DNA of 61,045 bases, filler included, from Hausera hauseri (GCA_046269625.1; 11 parts of 11 records of this genome joined end to end with filler, not necessarily neighbours in it); one strand, 5' to 3'. Shown: positions 1 through 13,900, numbered from the whole stretch's first letter. Made by a program: numbers and translations. The notes: a model not told the origin generated them from the sequence alone.

Positions 1-1560
1 ATTGGCCCGTCCTTTTAACGTTGTAACAGTTTGTGATATATAACTATAATAATTTTCTGCCCGTAGACATAGACATTAAAATGTCTCAGGGTTTCTTTAC
101 GGCTAGTGCCTCTAGTTCAGTGACTGAATAGTTTTTCTCAGCTTTCTTAAGCGATCGTCCTCCGTATGCATTTGGATGTTCCAATTCTTCATATTCTCTG
201 TTCTAAGTCAATTTGTAACCGATTCCTTATTTCTTGCTTCTGTTTTAATTATAAATGGTAAATTAAAATCGGGATATATCAACACAGGTTCACTTGTTAG
301 AATTTTCTTTATTTCGTCTAATACTTTCTGTTCGACGTCGGTCCATTTCCAGTTGATGCCCTTTTCAGTAGCCGATATAATGCTGCATCTATTTTCGATT
401 TGTCTGGTACATAGGTGGCATAATATCCGCATACGCCTAACCAATGCCTTAATTCTTTCTGATTCTGAGGTCACATACAATCTGATATTTTGCTCAGTAA
501 GGATTTTTCTGGCTTCTATCCGCCTTCTCCGACTATATGTCCAAGATAAGATACAGTATTTTGTGCCCATTTACATTTGGGGTTCAGTTTTAATCCTGCT
601 TGTTCCAACCGCATAAGAGTATCTTCGATGTCCTTTAGGTATTCTTCTTTTGTCCTTGATGCTATCATTACATCGTCTAAATATGCGAACGCGTGATATA
701 GTCCCATTAACATCTTATTCATCATTCTGGTAAAAATAGCTGGACCGGTTGTTATACCAAACGGCATGACGTTAAATTCGTAAACTCCGTCGTGTGTCTT
801 AAACGCTGCTTTATAACGATCATCTTCCTCGATTTCCACTTGCCAGTATCCGGATTGTAAATCAAGTGTGGTAAACCATTTCGCTCCTGATAATCTGTCT
901 AGAGCTTCTTTTACTGATCGTAGTGGAAAGGAGTCTTTCATCATAAGTGTGTTTGGGGCTCGGTAATCTATACAGAATCGATGTTTTGTGGTACCTTTTT
1001 CTTGACCATGAGTACTGGCGAATACCAAGATCGATAGCTTGGTCGTATTATGTCGGCTTTCAACATACGTTCTACTTCTTTTGTTATTTCAGGTCATAAC
1101 GAATGCGGTGGTGGATACCATTTAGGAATATTTTGCTCTTCTAAGTCAATTTCATCATTGGAGCCAGGTTTCTTTTTTAATAAAATTGTTAACCTTAAGG
1201 TTTTTGCTCTACCTATGTCTTCTTCATTTTGGGCAATAATCGACTTATGTTTGCACAATAATTCGTAAAATTGGCAGTACGCTTCTGGTGAAATTTTCGT
1301 TTCGATATGAGGTGGAAATTCAGCATATTTATATGGTTCTTCTTCGATAGTTATTGCTGATACCTTATAAGTATGACCTAACGTAGTATTGGCATATAAT
1401 TTCACAGGAGTTGGTGCGTTCTTGACTAATCTGACTAGTACTCTTCCTGTCATTAGTCTCGTCAAAATGTTGCTAAGTATGATATTTAAATTTACGTCTT
1501 CCTGTGGCTTAAAGTATACCGGTTGGTCATCTTCTTCGCGGATATGGGCGTATATTAGCA
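1..1560 (-). pseudogene. Gypsy pol: reverse transcriptase and RNase H (frameshifted)
   Basis: ORF 516-1028 has RFCIDYR, DLQSGYWQ, MPFG, YLDD; ORF 208-570 has EPVLIYPDFNLPFIIKTEA (RT-RNase H connection). Confidence 0.92.
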
Positions 1561-2599
1561 TTTCGGTTCTAGGTGGAATATTTTCATCGACGGGGATCCA
1601 TACTTCTCCTTGTTTCCTTTATTTCATTGTTTTAATCCCTTTCACTAGTCCAAGTTCAATTAGTTTTTCAGTCTGTAAATTTATTACGATATTAGGTCAT
1701 TGTTTCAGTATATAACATAATAATACTACGTCATCGGTTAGTTAGTCCATTATGGCGAATTCGTATTGAAGGATTTAACCCATTAATTGAACTAAAGGGC
1801 TCCATTAAAATTTCGGTTTGGATTTTTGCCCGAAGGCTCCTATGCTGCCGGGATCTTATAATGATGCTGGCTGTAATTGTTTTCGTAATGTCGGCGATAT
1901 TGATACTAATTTGATAAACGATTTCTCCGATCCGGTGTCTATTAAGGCTTAGACTTCCCAATCTTCAATGGTAACTTTTGTGAAGGGTCTTCCTTCCATA
2001 ACAACTCGACACGTCCTTCGGTCGTTTAATTGAAGAAATCTTATGTCCGTTTATCGTTATCTCTGGTGACGAAATAATATTTTCGGTCAGCTGCTTCAGT
2101 TCTTCGTTAGGGTATAAGTCGTTAACTGCCATATAACTCGCATTGTTTCTAATTAATGGTTCTTGTACTATTGGGTTTTGGAATGATTTCACTCCTTGTG
2201 TTCTCCAGACTGATGATCTTGTCTCTATATTGCGAGCTATCCTTGGTGAGTACAATATTCCGTGGTCGTTTTCCGCTCGTCGTGGATTAGTGATTTGCAT
2301 TTTCTTTAATACTGCATATTGTTTTTTTCCTTCATAAGGGTCTTCATAGGTAAAGAGTTTATGACAGAATGCCGATCTATATGACACCATAGATGTTTTG
2401 TCACAATCCTCATATATCAGAGCCGCTGGCGGCATGATAAGTAAGGGTGCTCTAATTACTGAATACATTCTATGTCTATTTTATCCGAGGATTTCTTCTC
2501 CTCCCTTAGGCTCGTCATCATCGGAGTTATTTCTTCGTGTCATTGCTTTCTTAGCCTTGTGTTCTAATCGAAATATGGGTCTTGCTCGTCGTTTATAAT

Positions 2600-4944
2600 T
2601 ATAGTACCCGACGTGGCGTTCAACGTCATTTTCCATCGATTTTCTTCATAGGCCTTAAGCATTTTTCCAAACGGTGTAATAATTGCGGTTAAAATCTTAC
2701 AGGAAAATCCTGTTAGTGTGAATATTTCATACCCATTTATAACCGCTTGGATTACCGACTTTACTAGTTGTACCATGAAAGAGATTGCTAAGAATCCAGA
2801 TGCAGATTGTTCAAAAATTTAAATCTTCCCATATTTTGTAGAGTATTTCTGTGGTTACCCGTTGGTAATGGTTCGCACCACGTAAGGATTCCCATTTAGC
2901 CTTGTAGCGGGTATCGTCTACTACTGATGCCATGGCTCGGTTTAATTCGTGCGTTCACTGTCGTGGAAAAGCGAGAAATTGTCGAAAAACTTCGATCTCT
3001 TTTGGTCTGTAAATAACCTTTTGAGATGTATCCTGGAATTTGTCGTCGGTAATTCCTTTTGCTAAATTAGTTCCAGTTAGTTTTTTAAGAATAATAGTGA
3101 TACCTCCATTGGGTAAGCTAACCCAATCTGTTTCGTTACGCCTAAACATCGGTTCGCCCAAACTTACTTTACAATCCTTTAAGATCGTAGGTTGTGTTGC
3201 GTTGTCTAACTATACCCGAGTGAGGGTCATGGCTAATCGTGGAGTGATTTGATAAATTACAGGTAGCTCCTGAATACATCGTTTTTCTTCAACATTAATT
3301 GGTACCTGTTTTCTCGCATTCATATGTTAATAAAACTTCGCCAGTAAATCGACCAAAAATACCTTCTCTCATGAGAATGATTGGTGAGACTAATTCTGGG
3401 TTCGCATAAATAAGAGCTAATTTTATCCAAATCATTTCCGTATCTAATTTGCAGTCGTTTGTTATCATTTTATGGTATTGTTCTTCTATTCCAACTTGTC
3501 CCTTATAATAAAAATAATCATCTCGGTTTTTCAGATAATCTTCGATTCTAATGTCTTGCGTTTCTAAGTTGTAGATTTTCGAGTTTATCTCCGTTTCTGC
3601 GACGAAGAATTCTTCGTAGTTAGTGGTGAACATTACTACTTCGCAAAGTGAAATCATTTCCTTTTTTATGAATTTCAATTCATGCTGATCAGAGATTAAC
3701 ATCGTAGGTGTATGATGATCTGATACGTCTTCACGCGCTCTTGAACTGATGTCGGATTTGTCTACGTATCGTTTCCCGGTAGTTTCATTAAATTTCAGTT
3801 CTTTGATCTTAATAAAATTACAGGCTTTTCCAGTGGGCGGTTCCCATATGACGACAAAACTTCTGAAGGCACATGTTCCGTCTTGTGTGTGACATTTTTG
3901 ATTGTCGATATATAGCTTAGTAACACCATAAAATATCACTTTCTGGACTCGCATTTCTGATTCGTAAAAATCTACCACTACTACGTTTGCTTCCAGTCCT
4001 CTTTCGGTATCGTATTCCGCTCCACTACAGTGCCCGTTATGTATATTTAGCCTCCCGGCTACTATCTTATACGCTCTGATTATTTTTCCGGGCTGCATTT
4101 CCAATTCCATGCTATCCCATTTCAGTCTTCCGGTTTCTCGGGCTTGCTTGCAATGTTGTCTTTCTAAATTCATTGGAATCGGAGGGGTTGTTGGTTTAAT
4201 TATCGAAGAGTGTCCGTGCATTAGTCCACAATAAAAAATACTACGAAATCGTCTCAGCATACATTTCATGCAATTAAAAGATATCAATTCTTGTTGTTGG
4301 TATAGGAAATAGTTCTTCTCTTTTGTTTCCAGTTTATGTGGTCTGGCGTTCTCACATGCTTCTAAGTCCATTAGTGAATATTTTTGTCCAAGCTTTAATA
4401 TATCACAATCGTAGACGGTAACAGCACCCATTTGTTTTATTAGCATCATTATGATGAGTAAGCTGACTAACCAATTTAATTCGTTCTTTCGGTTATTATT
4501 ATCCGTTTTCCTTAAATTGCGTATAATGTCTCCGAGTCCATTATTATTATTCCTTTTGTCGTTTTCTTTGTCTAACAATTTTGGCCAATTCACTTCATAC
4601 GGAAGCTTCCTAGATGCTTTTCGTGCCAAACTCGTAGCTCGATTTAGTTCGTTTTCTCGGTTTGGATTTGTCTTAATCGCCAAGTACAATAATACTTTTC
4701 TTAGCTGTTCTATCGCATTCTCCATCATAATCTTCTCGATTACTGAGTAATCAGTTAGGCTACTTTTTGACAGTTTAAAACGCGAGCTTCTCATTGTTCT
4801 GGCTGCGTTAAATATTGCCTTTTCTTTGTCATCTAATGTATCTCCGCGGAGACTTGAATAATTTACAATACGTATTAAATTCTTCATTAACTCGTTTAAT
4901 TCTTCATTATCTGTACTAAACGTATGAATCGACATTTGTCTCAA
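2600..4944 (-). pseudogene. Chuvirus-G-like (class III fusogen-type) envelope glycoprotein with internal signal peptide
   Basis: Hydrophobic WLVSLLIIMMLIKQMGA followed by VTVYDC, YSLMDLEAC, C..RRFRSIFYCGLMHGHSS and a Cys-rich ectodomain, ending in hydrophobic TM segments at about 2660-2830; pattern matches chuviral glycoproteins as recalled. Confidence 0.75.
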
Positions 4945-5189
4945 CTATCTAATCAATTCTCCATTATAGTTGATTTCTTCTCGGGGCTTCCTAGGCCTGC
5001 CGACTGGGCGTTTTGGTCTCGGAAGATAGGCTTACATCCCACTTAGCGGTACTAAATTCTTGTCGTATTGTTCCTTGTCTTCATCCGTCTGTAAATACTC
5101 GAAATGCATTGCTGCGTCTCGTACTCCCATGATTTGTTCTACGCATTTTTCCGTTTTAGCTTTTCGTGTGGCTTCTTTCATCTGTTCAT

Positions 5190-5415
5190 TAGCTATTGTC
5201 ACTACTATCCGACTTGTTTCGTTGGGAATAATTCCAACATCTATTAATTGTTCTAAATCATCGAGTATTATTCCTCTAAAGTAAAATCTGTAATTCAGCT
5301 CATTTGTTCCGCCATTATTTAGTAACCATTCGGTTACGTCCTTTACGTAGGAATGAGTGGTTAACTCACATTCTTTTTCTTCCATCCACTCGGATGATAT
5401 CATTAGTTTCATTAC
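5190..5415 (-). CDS. Ubiquitin-like (beta-grasp) domain at the element N-terminus
   Basis: VKDVTEWL..GG..YRFYFRGIILDD..LIDVGI..IVV resembles ubiquitin [21 protein letters not shown]; conserved in copy 2. Confidence 0.65.
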
Positions 5416-6064
5416 TTCGGGTTTAGTGTTCAAAATGTCTGCATATTTTTATCAAAATTTTCGGCACCGTGTTGTAAATTGTATTCTCACTAGATAATTT
5501 AGTCAAAGACAGAATAAGTTGTCTGAGTTTATTTTCAGTCATATTCACGTTAATTGATTCAATCAAGTTCTTCTCGGTTAACGCTGAGTCTAAGATCATC
5601 TCTACGTTGAATTTCCTGTTTTGCGGATACATTTCTATTTTCGCTAGGTATACTGGAGTTACCGGATTTCCGTCCGTTATTTCTTCTAAATAAGCATCCC
5701 ATTCTGGTTCATTCCCAATATCTGGGAGTTGTTGAGGGCCATTAGGGTCATTAGATTCATAAGTTTCAGTCCGATGCAGAATCATGGAATAACATTTCTA
5801 GCAAATTTTATTATGAAGTACCACTGTCGATTTCACCATCCTGTGACATAATATTACCGACACTATCATTCTGTGGATGTTTTGTTGTTTAGTAGACATT
5901 TAGTAAATACATTTTATTTATTTTGTTTTCTTTCTTACTTCATTTACTGTGTAACCCAAGTGATGGGTATCCTTATTACCACTGCTCTGTATATGTGTAT
6001 TGTTAGCCAGAGGTGGATTGGGTATTGATCGATTGATGCTAGAATCAATAGGAGATTTTAAAAT

Positions 6065-6164
6065 NNNNNNNNNNNNNNNNNNNNNNNNNNNNNNNNNNNN
6101 NNNNNNNNTTAATTAATTAANNNNNNNNNNNNNNNNNNNNNNNNNNNNNNNNNNNNNNNNNNNN
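6065..6164. other. Artificial contig-joining linker (44 N + TTAATTAATTAA + 44 N); also at 10187, 15463, 22725, 27864, 33400, 38391, 45924, 51918 and 56571
   Basis: Identical 100-nt spacer seen ten times; TTAATTAATTAA gives stop codons in all six frames. Confidence 0.98.
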
Positions 6165-6957
6165 CCATCAAATAACGAGAAAATCGTGACGAAATCGGGT
6201 AAAACGCAGACGACCGGTTTACCGTGGCAAATGCGCGGGTGATTCGGCAAAGGCCAGAAATAGTGTTGGATCGTCATTCGTGCAAATCGTACGGCAGTCC
6301 GATGTAGCGCAATGATAGAGAAATATGGTGGCAATGTTCAGCAATCGTGGATTCGCTGACTGATGCAAATTTCGACAGGTGTTGATGACGGTCGGCAAGA
6401 GGACTGAACTTCGGCTGATGTCGGTGTCGCACAAATAAATGAAGGCGGTGATTGTTATAATGACAATGTCAATGTTTGGTGACGATAAACAATTCAGTAA
6501 TGACCAGAAATTGTCGTTGTTGCAAATTATCAAGTGATATAGTTGATTTGCACAAATGTTGAAAATACCAATAACGAAATGCATTTTAATGTCCTCGGTA
6601 CTGTCCTGTTGCGTTAAACAATGAAAAATACGTCCAGGACGCTCAATCAAACGAAATGTCGATGATTACGACTATAGTACGCAAAATTTGGAAGATTGGC
6701 AACGATTTGGTATCGATGATCAAATTGATCAGATTGTTGGTATTCGGAAATTAACTGTTCTAAATATTGAAAACGTTCAGTAGATCCCGGGGCAGCACGT
6801 CCTGTGCTCATAACACACAATCCAAAATTTGAACAAAATTAGTGAAATTTCCGAGTCGGAAAATCGGGCCCAATTATGTACTCGACGCGGTGGCAACGGA
6901 CGCCCGACCGTATCCAACCAAATGGGCGAGAGGGCACCAGCCGCTTTAGGCACCACA
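6165..6957 (-). repeat. 3' LTR of family-B gypsy element (starts TGTGGTGCC at 6957; truncated by contig end)
   Basis: Immediately follows the polypurine tract; first ~95 nt homologous to 18590-18661 and 38279-38374. Confidence 0.75.
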
Positions 6958-6968
6958 TCACTCCTCCC
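6958..6968 (-). promoter_or_regulatory. Polypurine tract (GGGAGGAGTGA)
   Basis: Purine run directly abutting the TG start of the LTR, downstream of integrase. Confidence 0.75.
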
Positions 6969-7038
6969 GTGGCAAAGTAAAAACTATAAAAGGTAAAAAA
7001 GACAGAGAGAAAAACCGCAAAACGAAAAAGTATCTCTG

Positions 7039-10000
7039 TCAGTCAGTCTTAGTGTGGACAAGACGTTGGGCGCCTTCTAGTGATTGTTCCCTCCTATACT
7101 TGCTAAATGTGACTCTGCTTGTTTTGCCTTTATGCAGTGTGTTTGCTTGCAGGGTTTGAAGTTGGGGAAAATTGTCTGATTTTGTTGTGAGTGTTGTGTC
7201 GTGAAAAGATGAATCAAAATGAAGAAAATGAGAAGGTGAAGGAGGAAGCGAGATTGTTGAAGACGGATAGTTAGAGGTATTTAAGAAAGTGTTAGAAGAC
7301 GGAGGAGTGACAGAAGGTGTAGTGGCGGATAAAGGAAGAGAGAAAAGATTTAGAGTAGAAGTTGGAATTGAATTGTGTAAAAAAGTGGAAGTGGAAGATG
7401 AAACAAAGGTAGTGTTAGAGATAGGAAGAGAAATGGGGATAGAAGTAAAGAAAAAAGGAAGTCGCGAAGCGGAAGTAAAAGGGGCAGAAGACAATGTGTG
7501 AGAAGAAATGGAGGAAGAAAGCGCCGAAGACGAGGAGGGTGTGGAAGGAGAAAAAGAGAGAGAGAGAGAAAGAAAAAACAGCGAAGAGGTACAAGGCGAA
7601 AGAGAGCGACAAGATGTAGAAGGCAAAGAAAAGTAATTGGAGTGTGGTATGCAAGAGGTTGGAATGATGAAGGGTGTAGATGGAGAAATTAATGAAGTCG
7701 AAGTGGTGCTTGATGGAAAAAGTATTGTAAAAGGAGAAAGCAGGTTGTTATCAAGGGATGAAAAAGGTGTGGAAAGGCTTGAAGGTGCAAAATTGGGTGT
7801 GTAAAAAGAGGCTGAATTGTGAGAAGAAGTTGAAGTGGAAGTTTTGAAAGAAAACGTAGGGGAAAGTGGATTAAGAAATTGAGCAGAGATGGAAGGTGAA
7901 TTGTTGGATTGCTGCGCGTCGTAAAAAGATGTTGGTGAAGAAGTGACTTCGATGGGAGACGTATCGTCGATGAAGAAGGCCGGTTTAGCATTGTTGATGT
8001 GAACTGCTACTTCCTTTGTAGTCTTTGAGAATGATGATGTTGTGAGAGTGTAAGCGAATTACTTTGTAAGGGCCAACATAGTGAAGTTGAAAACCACATA
8101 GCGTCTGATTCTTTAACCAAACAAACTTGGAAGTATATAAATCATCGGGTATGTAAGGTTTATTTGCGTGTAACATTCTGAAAATGAGTCTTTGCTGATC
8201 TCAACGAAGTGTTTCTATGCCGCTTGTATAGTTTCGTCTGTAGAAGTTTTGTCCAGCTCAGTTAGCTCGAATAATGATCTGATAAAAGTGCCAGATAATG
8301 CTTCTGCAGGTGAACAGCATGTGGAAGTAGATGGTATGTTCCGCCAGCTAAGCAGAACGTACGGAAGGAGTGTAGTCCAACTGCGATGGGACTCAACAAG
8401 GATTTTGAGAGACGTTTTCATCGTTGGGTGAAAGCGTTCGAGAAGGCCATTCGATTGAGGATGATATGGTGACGTGTGAATGTGGTTAATTCCCAACCCA
8501 TTGACAATAGCTTTAAACAGGTTGGATTCGAACTGTGGATCTTGGTCCCAAATGATGTGGCGAGGTTATCCAAACCTGCTGATCCAAGTGCGGATGAAAA
8601 CGTCTGCGACAGTTTCTGTGTTGGTGTTCTGAAGCGGGGCGGCCTCTGGCCATCGCGAGGAGCGGTTCATCATTCTGAGGATGAACTGATGACCGTTGTC
8701 TAAGGGTAAAGGGCCTAAAAGGTCAATGTGAACAGATTTAAAATGAGGCGTGCAGGGGAAATGAAATAGTGGTGGCTTAGGTGCTTAATAACTTTGTATT
8801 TTTGGCATGTCACACACTGCCTAACCCATGCCTGACGTCAGAGCGCATCGACGGCCATACGACTTGGCGTTGTAAGAGTCGAAAAGTGGCCTTGGCACCG
8901 GGGTGATGCAACGAATAGATTCTGTTGAATGCTTCTTTTTGAAGCGATTTAGAAAGGATGACCTTAGGATTATTAGGTTTGGAAGTGTCAAAGGCCACAC
9001 CGTTGATGGTTTCGCACGATTTAAAAGACTTAAGAATGTCAGAAAGTGGCTGGTTTTGTTAAAGTTTGGATTGAGGAAAGATTGGTGTAAAATTAATCAA
9101 GCTGACCGATCGGGACAAGTCAGCTACTAAATTGTCGACTCCGTTTAGGAGTTTAATTACAAAATTAAATAAGGACAAATACGATATTTGCCTCTCCTGA
9201 CGTGGAGAAGGCGATTTTTTGGTGAGAATTTGAAGCAAGGGCTTGTGGTCCGTCTGTATGATAAAAGTTCGCGCAGTTAGTAAATGTTTAAAGTGTTGTA
9301 CAGCAAGGACTATTGCTAGCAACTGTCTGTCAAAGGTGGAATATCTCTGCTCTTGTGCTGTGAATTTTTGAGAGAAGAATTCCAATGGCTCATTGGATCT
9401 ATTTTTAACTTGATATAGGACAGTACCTGCAGCTGATATGGATGCATCCGTGGTTAAGAAGAGTTCTGCATGGGAGTCTGGATATGCCGGGATTTCAACC
9501 GTTTTTAAATTGTCATTGAGGTTATCGAAAGCCTTTACTAGGTTGGCAGTCCATTGAATGGGCTGTTTCTTCTTGCCAAAGCTTAATGATGCAAATGGAG
9601 CGGTCAGAGTGGAGCAATGTGGAACGTACTTATGAATGAAGTGCAAGGTTCCAAGGAAAGAACGCATTTCTGTTGATGTACGTGACAGTTGTATATTTTT
9701 GAGCTGTATGATGCGGTCTGGCTGAGGTGAATGTTTAGAGGAGCTAATAACATGCCCTAGGAAATTGACCTTATGTTGTAAGAAGGAGCATTTGGCGAAA
9801 TTAATTTGCAAATTGTTTTGGTGCAAGCGCTGGAAGATTAAACGTAAGTGTTCAGAGTGCTGCTTCGAAGAAGATGATGCAATTATGATATCATCAATAT
9901 AGGGATAGGCAAAGTCTAAACCTGATAGAACTGTATCGATATGCCTTTGAAAGGTCTGGGAGGCGCTACGAAGTCCAAAAGGCATAAAAAGGTATTCGAA

Positions 10001-10186
10001 AAGGCTCAAAGGTGTAATGACAGCCGTTTTCGGAATGTCTGCTGGGGCCACAGAAATTTGGTGGTATGCTTTGTGCAAATCAATGGAGGAAAAGATGGTC
10101 GAACCATGGAGCTAGTGAAGGATATTGTTGATTAATGGTAGCGGGTATGCATTCATTGTTGTTATGATGTTGAGTTGGCGGTAATC
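7039..10186 (-). mobile_element. Gypsy family B pol (RT-RNase H-integrase) with a long Ser/Thr/Pro-rich tail, degenerate
   Basis: ORF 9059-10078 has AYHQI, MPFGL, YIDD, TTDAS; HHPG zinc-finger region 8810-8998; TSPYHPQSNGLLERFH; YVGPY (GPY/F); low-complexity frame open 7989-7039. Confidence 0.92.
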
Positions 10187-10286
10187 NNNNNNNNNNNNNN
10201 NNNNNNNNNNNNNNNNNNNNNNNNNNNNNNTTAATTAATTAANNNNNNNNNNNNNNNNNNNNNNNNNNNNNNNNNNNNNNNNNNNN

Positions 10287-10433
10287 TTGTCGACCTAATA
10301 AATATCCATCTAATATTTGACTAATTGTGTTTTGTTGATGTTTTGTCGACCTAATAAATACCCGTCTAATATTTGACTACTTGTGTTTTGTTGGTGTTTT
10401 GTCGATCTAATAAATATCCATCTAATATTTGAC
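10287..10433. repeat. Tandem repeat, 56-bp unit, about 2.6 copies
   Basis: TTGTCGACCTAATAAATATCCATCTAATATTTGACT... recurs at 10287, 10343 and 10399. Confidence 0.9.
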
Positions 10434-10962
10434 TCATAAAGTGTCATTATTCGTGTGTAAAATTAATATTTATATAGAAGGAAGAAATATTAGTGATATA
10501 ACTCATAATTAGACGAATACATTGTACTGTGACATAACATGAATGTCAAACGGGACATTCGACTTTAGTAACATATTCGTTGAAAAAAGAAACGATTATT
10601 TGCTTTGCGTGGAAAATTGAAGAAGTGCGATATGGCATAACGTTTAGAAGCCCATATTGCTTAATTGTGATATTTGTTGCAGATTATTTACCAACAGAAA
10701 ATGTTGTATTTGTAGAACTTGTAAAATTCCGAGTCGCACTAAAGTACTGTTCTTTGTAAAGTAACCTCAGAATATGCATAATTTTTAAAGATACATAAAA
10801 TATGTCTTACTTTTAGCCTCCAAAGGATGTTAATAAATTTGCTCCACGCACAAGTTTGGTAAAAGGCCCTGGAGGACGAAGTGTTGGAGATGTACAACAA
10901 ATTCGACTGTCCATGGTTTAGATCTTTATATTTATTAAGATAACTTAACACATACATTTTAG

Positions 10963-13900
10963 GGCAGACCAGGTGAACCCGGGCCTCCTGGTCTTCCAGG
11001 TCCAATTGGAATTCCTGGTCCAGTTGGAGGAGTAGGCCAACCTGGTGACCAGGGACCTCCAGGATTGCCAGGCAGCCGAGGACCGATGGGTCCAGTGGGA
11101 GAAGATGGACGCCCAGGTCCATCTGGTAGAAATGGATTTAAAGGAGCAGTTGGTCGAATTGGCGGTAATGGACCGGAAGGTGAACCAGGATATAAAGGTC
11201 CCATTGGAGCTCCTGGCATTTATGTTCGATACTTACTATAATATTTGTTGAGACGTTGTTTAGGGTGATCAAGGTGATATTGGAATAAAAGGTGTTGTTG
11301 GTAACATGGGCGTGAAAGGAGATCGAGGAAAACCCGGAATTAAAGGTGCTGTTGGACTTCGCGGACTAAGAGGCGAACCTGGACTCAGAGGTTTACCCGG
11401 TTCCGTAGGAAAGCCGGTATCTATTAACGCAAAAATGTAGTAACTAAGAATTCCAGGGCATTCCAGGCACGGATGGACCTAGTGGACCACCGGGGGATGC
11501 AGGACCGCCGGGATCACCAGGTCCTCAAGGGTTTCAAGGACCAGAAGGGCCAAAAGGAGCAGTTGGTCAGCCTGGTCCTAAAGGAGACCAAGGCTTTTCG
11601 GGTTCGAGAGGTGGTAGAGGTGCTCCTGGATCTCCTGGACCTTCCGGGCGAAGAGGACCTCCTGGATTGACAGGAGAACTAGGATACAAAGGAGAACCAG
11701 GAAATAGAGGTGTTCCAGGACGAATGGGTCGAGTTGGCCTTCGGGGAATTCCGGGTACAGAAGGAGAACCAGGAATGACGGGTGTCAAAGGTCCTGAAGG
11801 AGATCCTGGCTTACAGGGATCACAAGGAATGCCTGGACAAGAAGGTTTGAAGGGACGTAGGGGAGACCGTGGTCCTCAAGGTCTTATTGGTGAAGCTGGT
11901 AAACGGGGTGTTCGAGGATCTTCAGGGACGGATGGAGTAAGAGGTTATCAGGGTAGCAGAGGTATGATGGGAATGAGAGGACCACCAGGGCCTGAAGGAC
12001 CTCCTGGAACTGTTGGAGTTATCGGCGATCCTGGATCGACTGGACCCATAGGAAATAAAGGTGCTCGAGGGGACTCAGGACCAAGTGGTTTAAGAGGAAA
12101 TCCGGGTCCTAGGGTAAGTATCATTTAATTCATTTATGTACAAGTGGAATTATTAATTAATGCGTGTACTTACTTCTTTCATGCTTATTTGCCATAAATA
12201 TGTGTGCATGGAAAATAAATTGAATAAATTCCACGAGTTGTTTCTTCTAATGTTTTATTATTTTTTACGAGCTAACCTCAAATTGTTTATTATACGTATT
12301 TTGTTGTGTTATGAATGAATTTTTAACATTTAGGGATCACGAGGAAAACGTGGACCTGATGGGCCCAGTGGCGAACAGGGGCAAAAGGGACCCAGTGGAG
12401 CAATCGGTAGTCCTGGAAATATGGGGCCTCCGGGTATAGGAGGTCCACCAGGACCTCAAGGACCTCAGGGATTACGTGGATCACCAGGTTCACCGGGAAA
12501 AAGTGGCGAAATTGGTCAAATTGGAATGCGAGGACAACGAGGTGATAGAGGTCCGAGGGGAAATCCTGGTCCTCCAGGACCATCAGGTTTACCAGGCTTA
12601 AAAGGACAAAGAGGCCAGCCAGGAAAACGAGGACCTTTGGGGCCTGAAGGCAGAGTAGGTTCGGAGGGGCCACCTGGGCCTCCGGGAAAAGAAGGAGATC
12701 CAGGGCCACCTGGGATGCCGGGTGATGTTGGACCTAAGGGGCCTATTGGAGAAAGAGGTCCACCTGGTGATATGGGAAGAGTTGGGCTTCCTGGTAGAAA
12801 AGGTCAGAAAGGCTCAACCGGACCTGTTGGATACGATGGCACTAAAGGTCTAGAGGGACAAAAAGGAAATAGAGGAGAGATGGGTGGCGCCGGTCCAATG
12901 GGAATTATGGGTAACACAGGTCCAAGAGGTCCCCGAGGTCAGAAAGGAGAAAGAGGTGATCAAGGACCAAGAGGTCAGTCTGGACCAAGAGGACAGGTGG
13001 GTCCTAGAGGAGAAGATGGCCCGGTGGGTCCTCCTGGAGAGCCTGGAATCCCGGGAGGAAAAGGAGTTCCTGGCGATTTAGGTCCGATTGGCGATAAGGG
13101 ATCCCCAGGAGATCATGGAGATCAGGGACCAATGGGTGATGCTGGAATTCCAGGACAACCAGGACCTCAAGGAGATGTTGGTCAGAAAGGAGCTAAAGGT
13201 GAGCAGGGAATGAGAGGCAGAAGAGGAGAGCCTGGTGAGCCTGGAGTAAAAGGAGTAAAAGGTCCGCTTGGGAAAAAGGGAAAAGAAGGCCATCCTGGAA
13301 GAGCTGGTGACAGAGGACAGCCTGGAGAACAGGGTGATCAAGGCCCGCCAGGACTTATGGGTGAGCCTGGTTTAGCTGGTGCACTAGGTTTGCCTGGTAG
13401 ACGTGGAAGTAAAGGACCAGATGGTTTACCTGGTAACAAGGGTGAACCAGGTGATCCAGGACCACAAGGACCCGCTGGTGCTGATGGACCGATTGGTGAA
13501 CCAGGAGCATCTGGGGAAAAGGGAGAAAGAGGCGAAAGGGGGATATTGGTAAATTGTGTTATGTAATATTAAAAATTTGATTTAAAATGTTAGGGAATTG
13601 CTGGTCCCACTGGCCCAGTTGGTCCACCAGGGCCTAGAGGACCACCAGGAAAACTTGGCCAGCAAGGCCCGATCGGTGACATGGGACCTCCGGGACCACA
13701 GGTAATTAATAATTATTTTTGATATTATTAATATTTTCAAAGGGTCCAGTGGGAAATCAAGGACCAGCTGGTAGACAAGGTATAAAAGGTCCGCCTGGAG
13801 TTGATGGACCACCAGGTAAAGATGGATTACCAGGAGAACAGGGACCTTCAGGAAAGGATGGCGATCCAGGCCCACCTGGTGAAGTCGGAAAACCAGGTGT

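Larger units (their letters stand above)
1..5900 (-). mobile_element. Degenerate Ty3/gypsy element with glycoprotein upstream of pol (family A, copy 1)
   Basis: Minus-strand order: Ubl-like region, glycoprotein, protease (LIDTGS near 1935), RT (FTTLDLQSGYWQ, YLDD), RNase H; many frameshifts and stops; collinear with 22825-27863 and 38491-45923. Confidence 0.9.

Noticed and set aside
6109-6120. Regularly recurring TTAATTAATTAA palindrome
   Set aside because: Always centred in N runs of fixed length; an assembly linker, not biology
11214-11263. Apparent non-canonical GG/GC splice donor in collagen
   Set aside because: A canonical GT donor at 11224 keeps Gly-X-Y and gives a 40-nt intron
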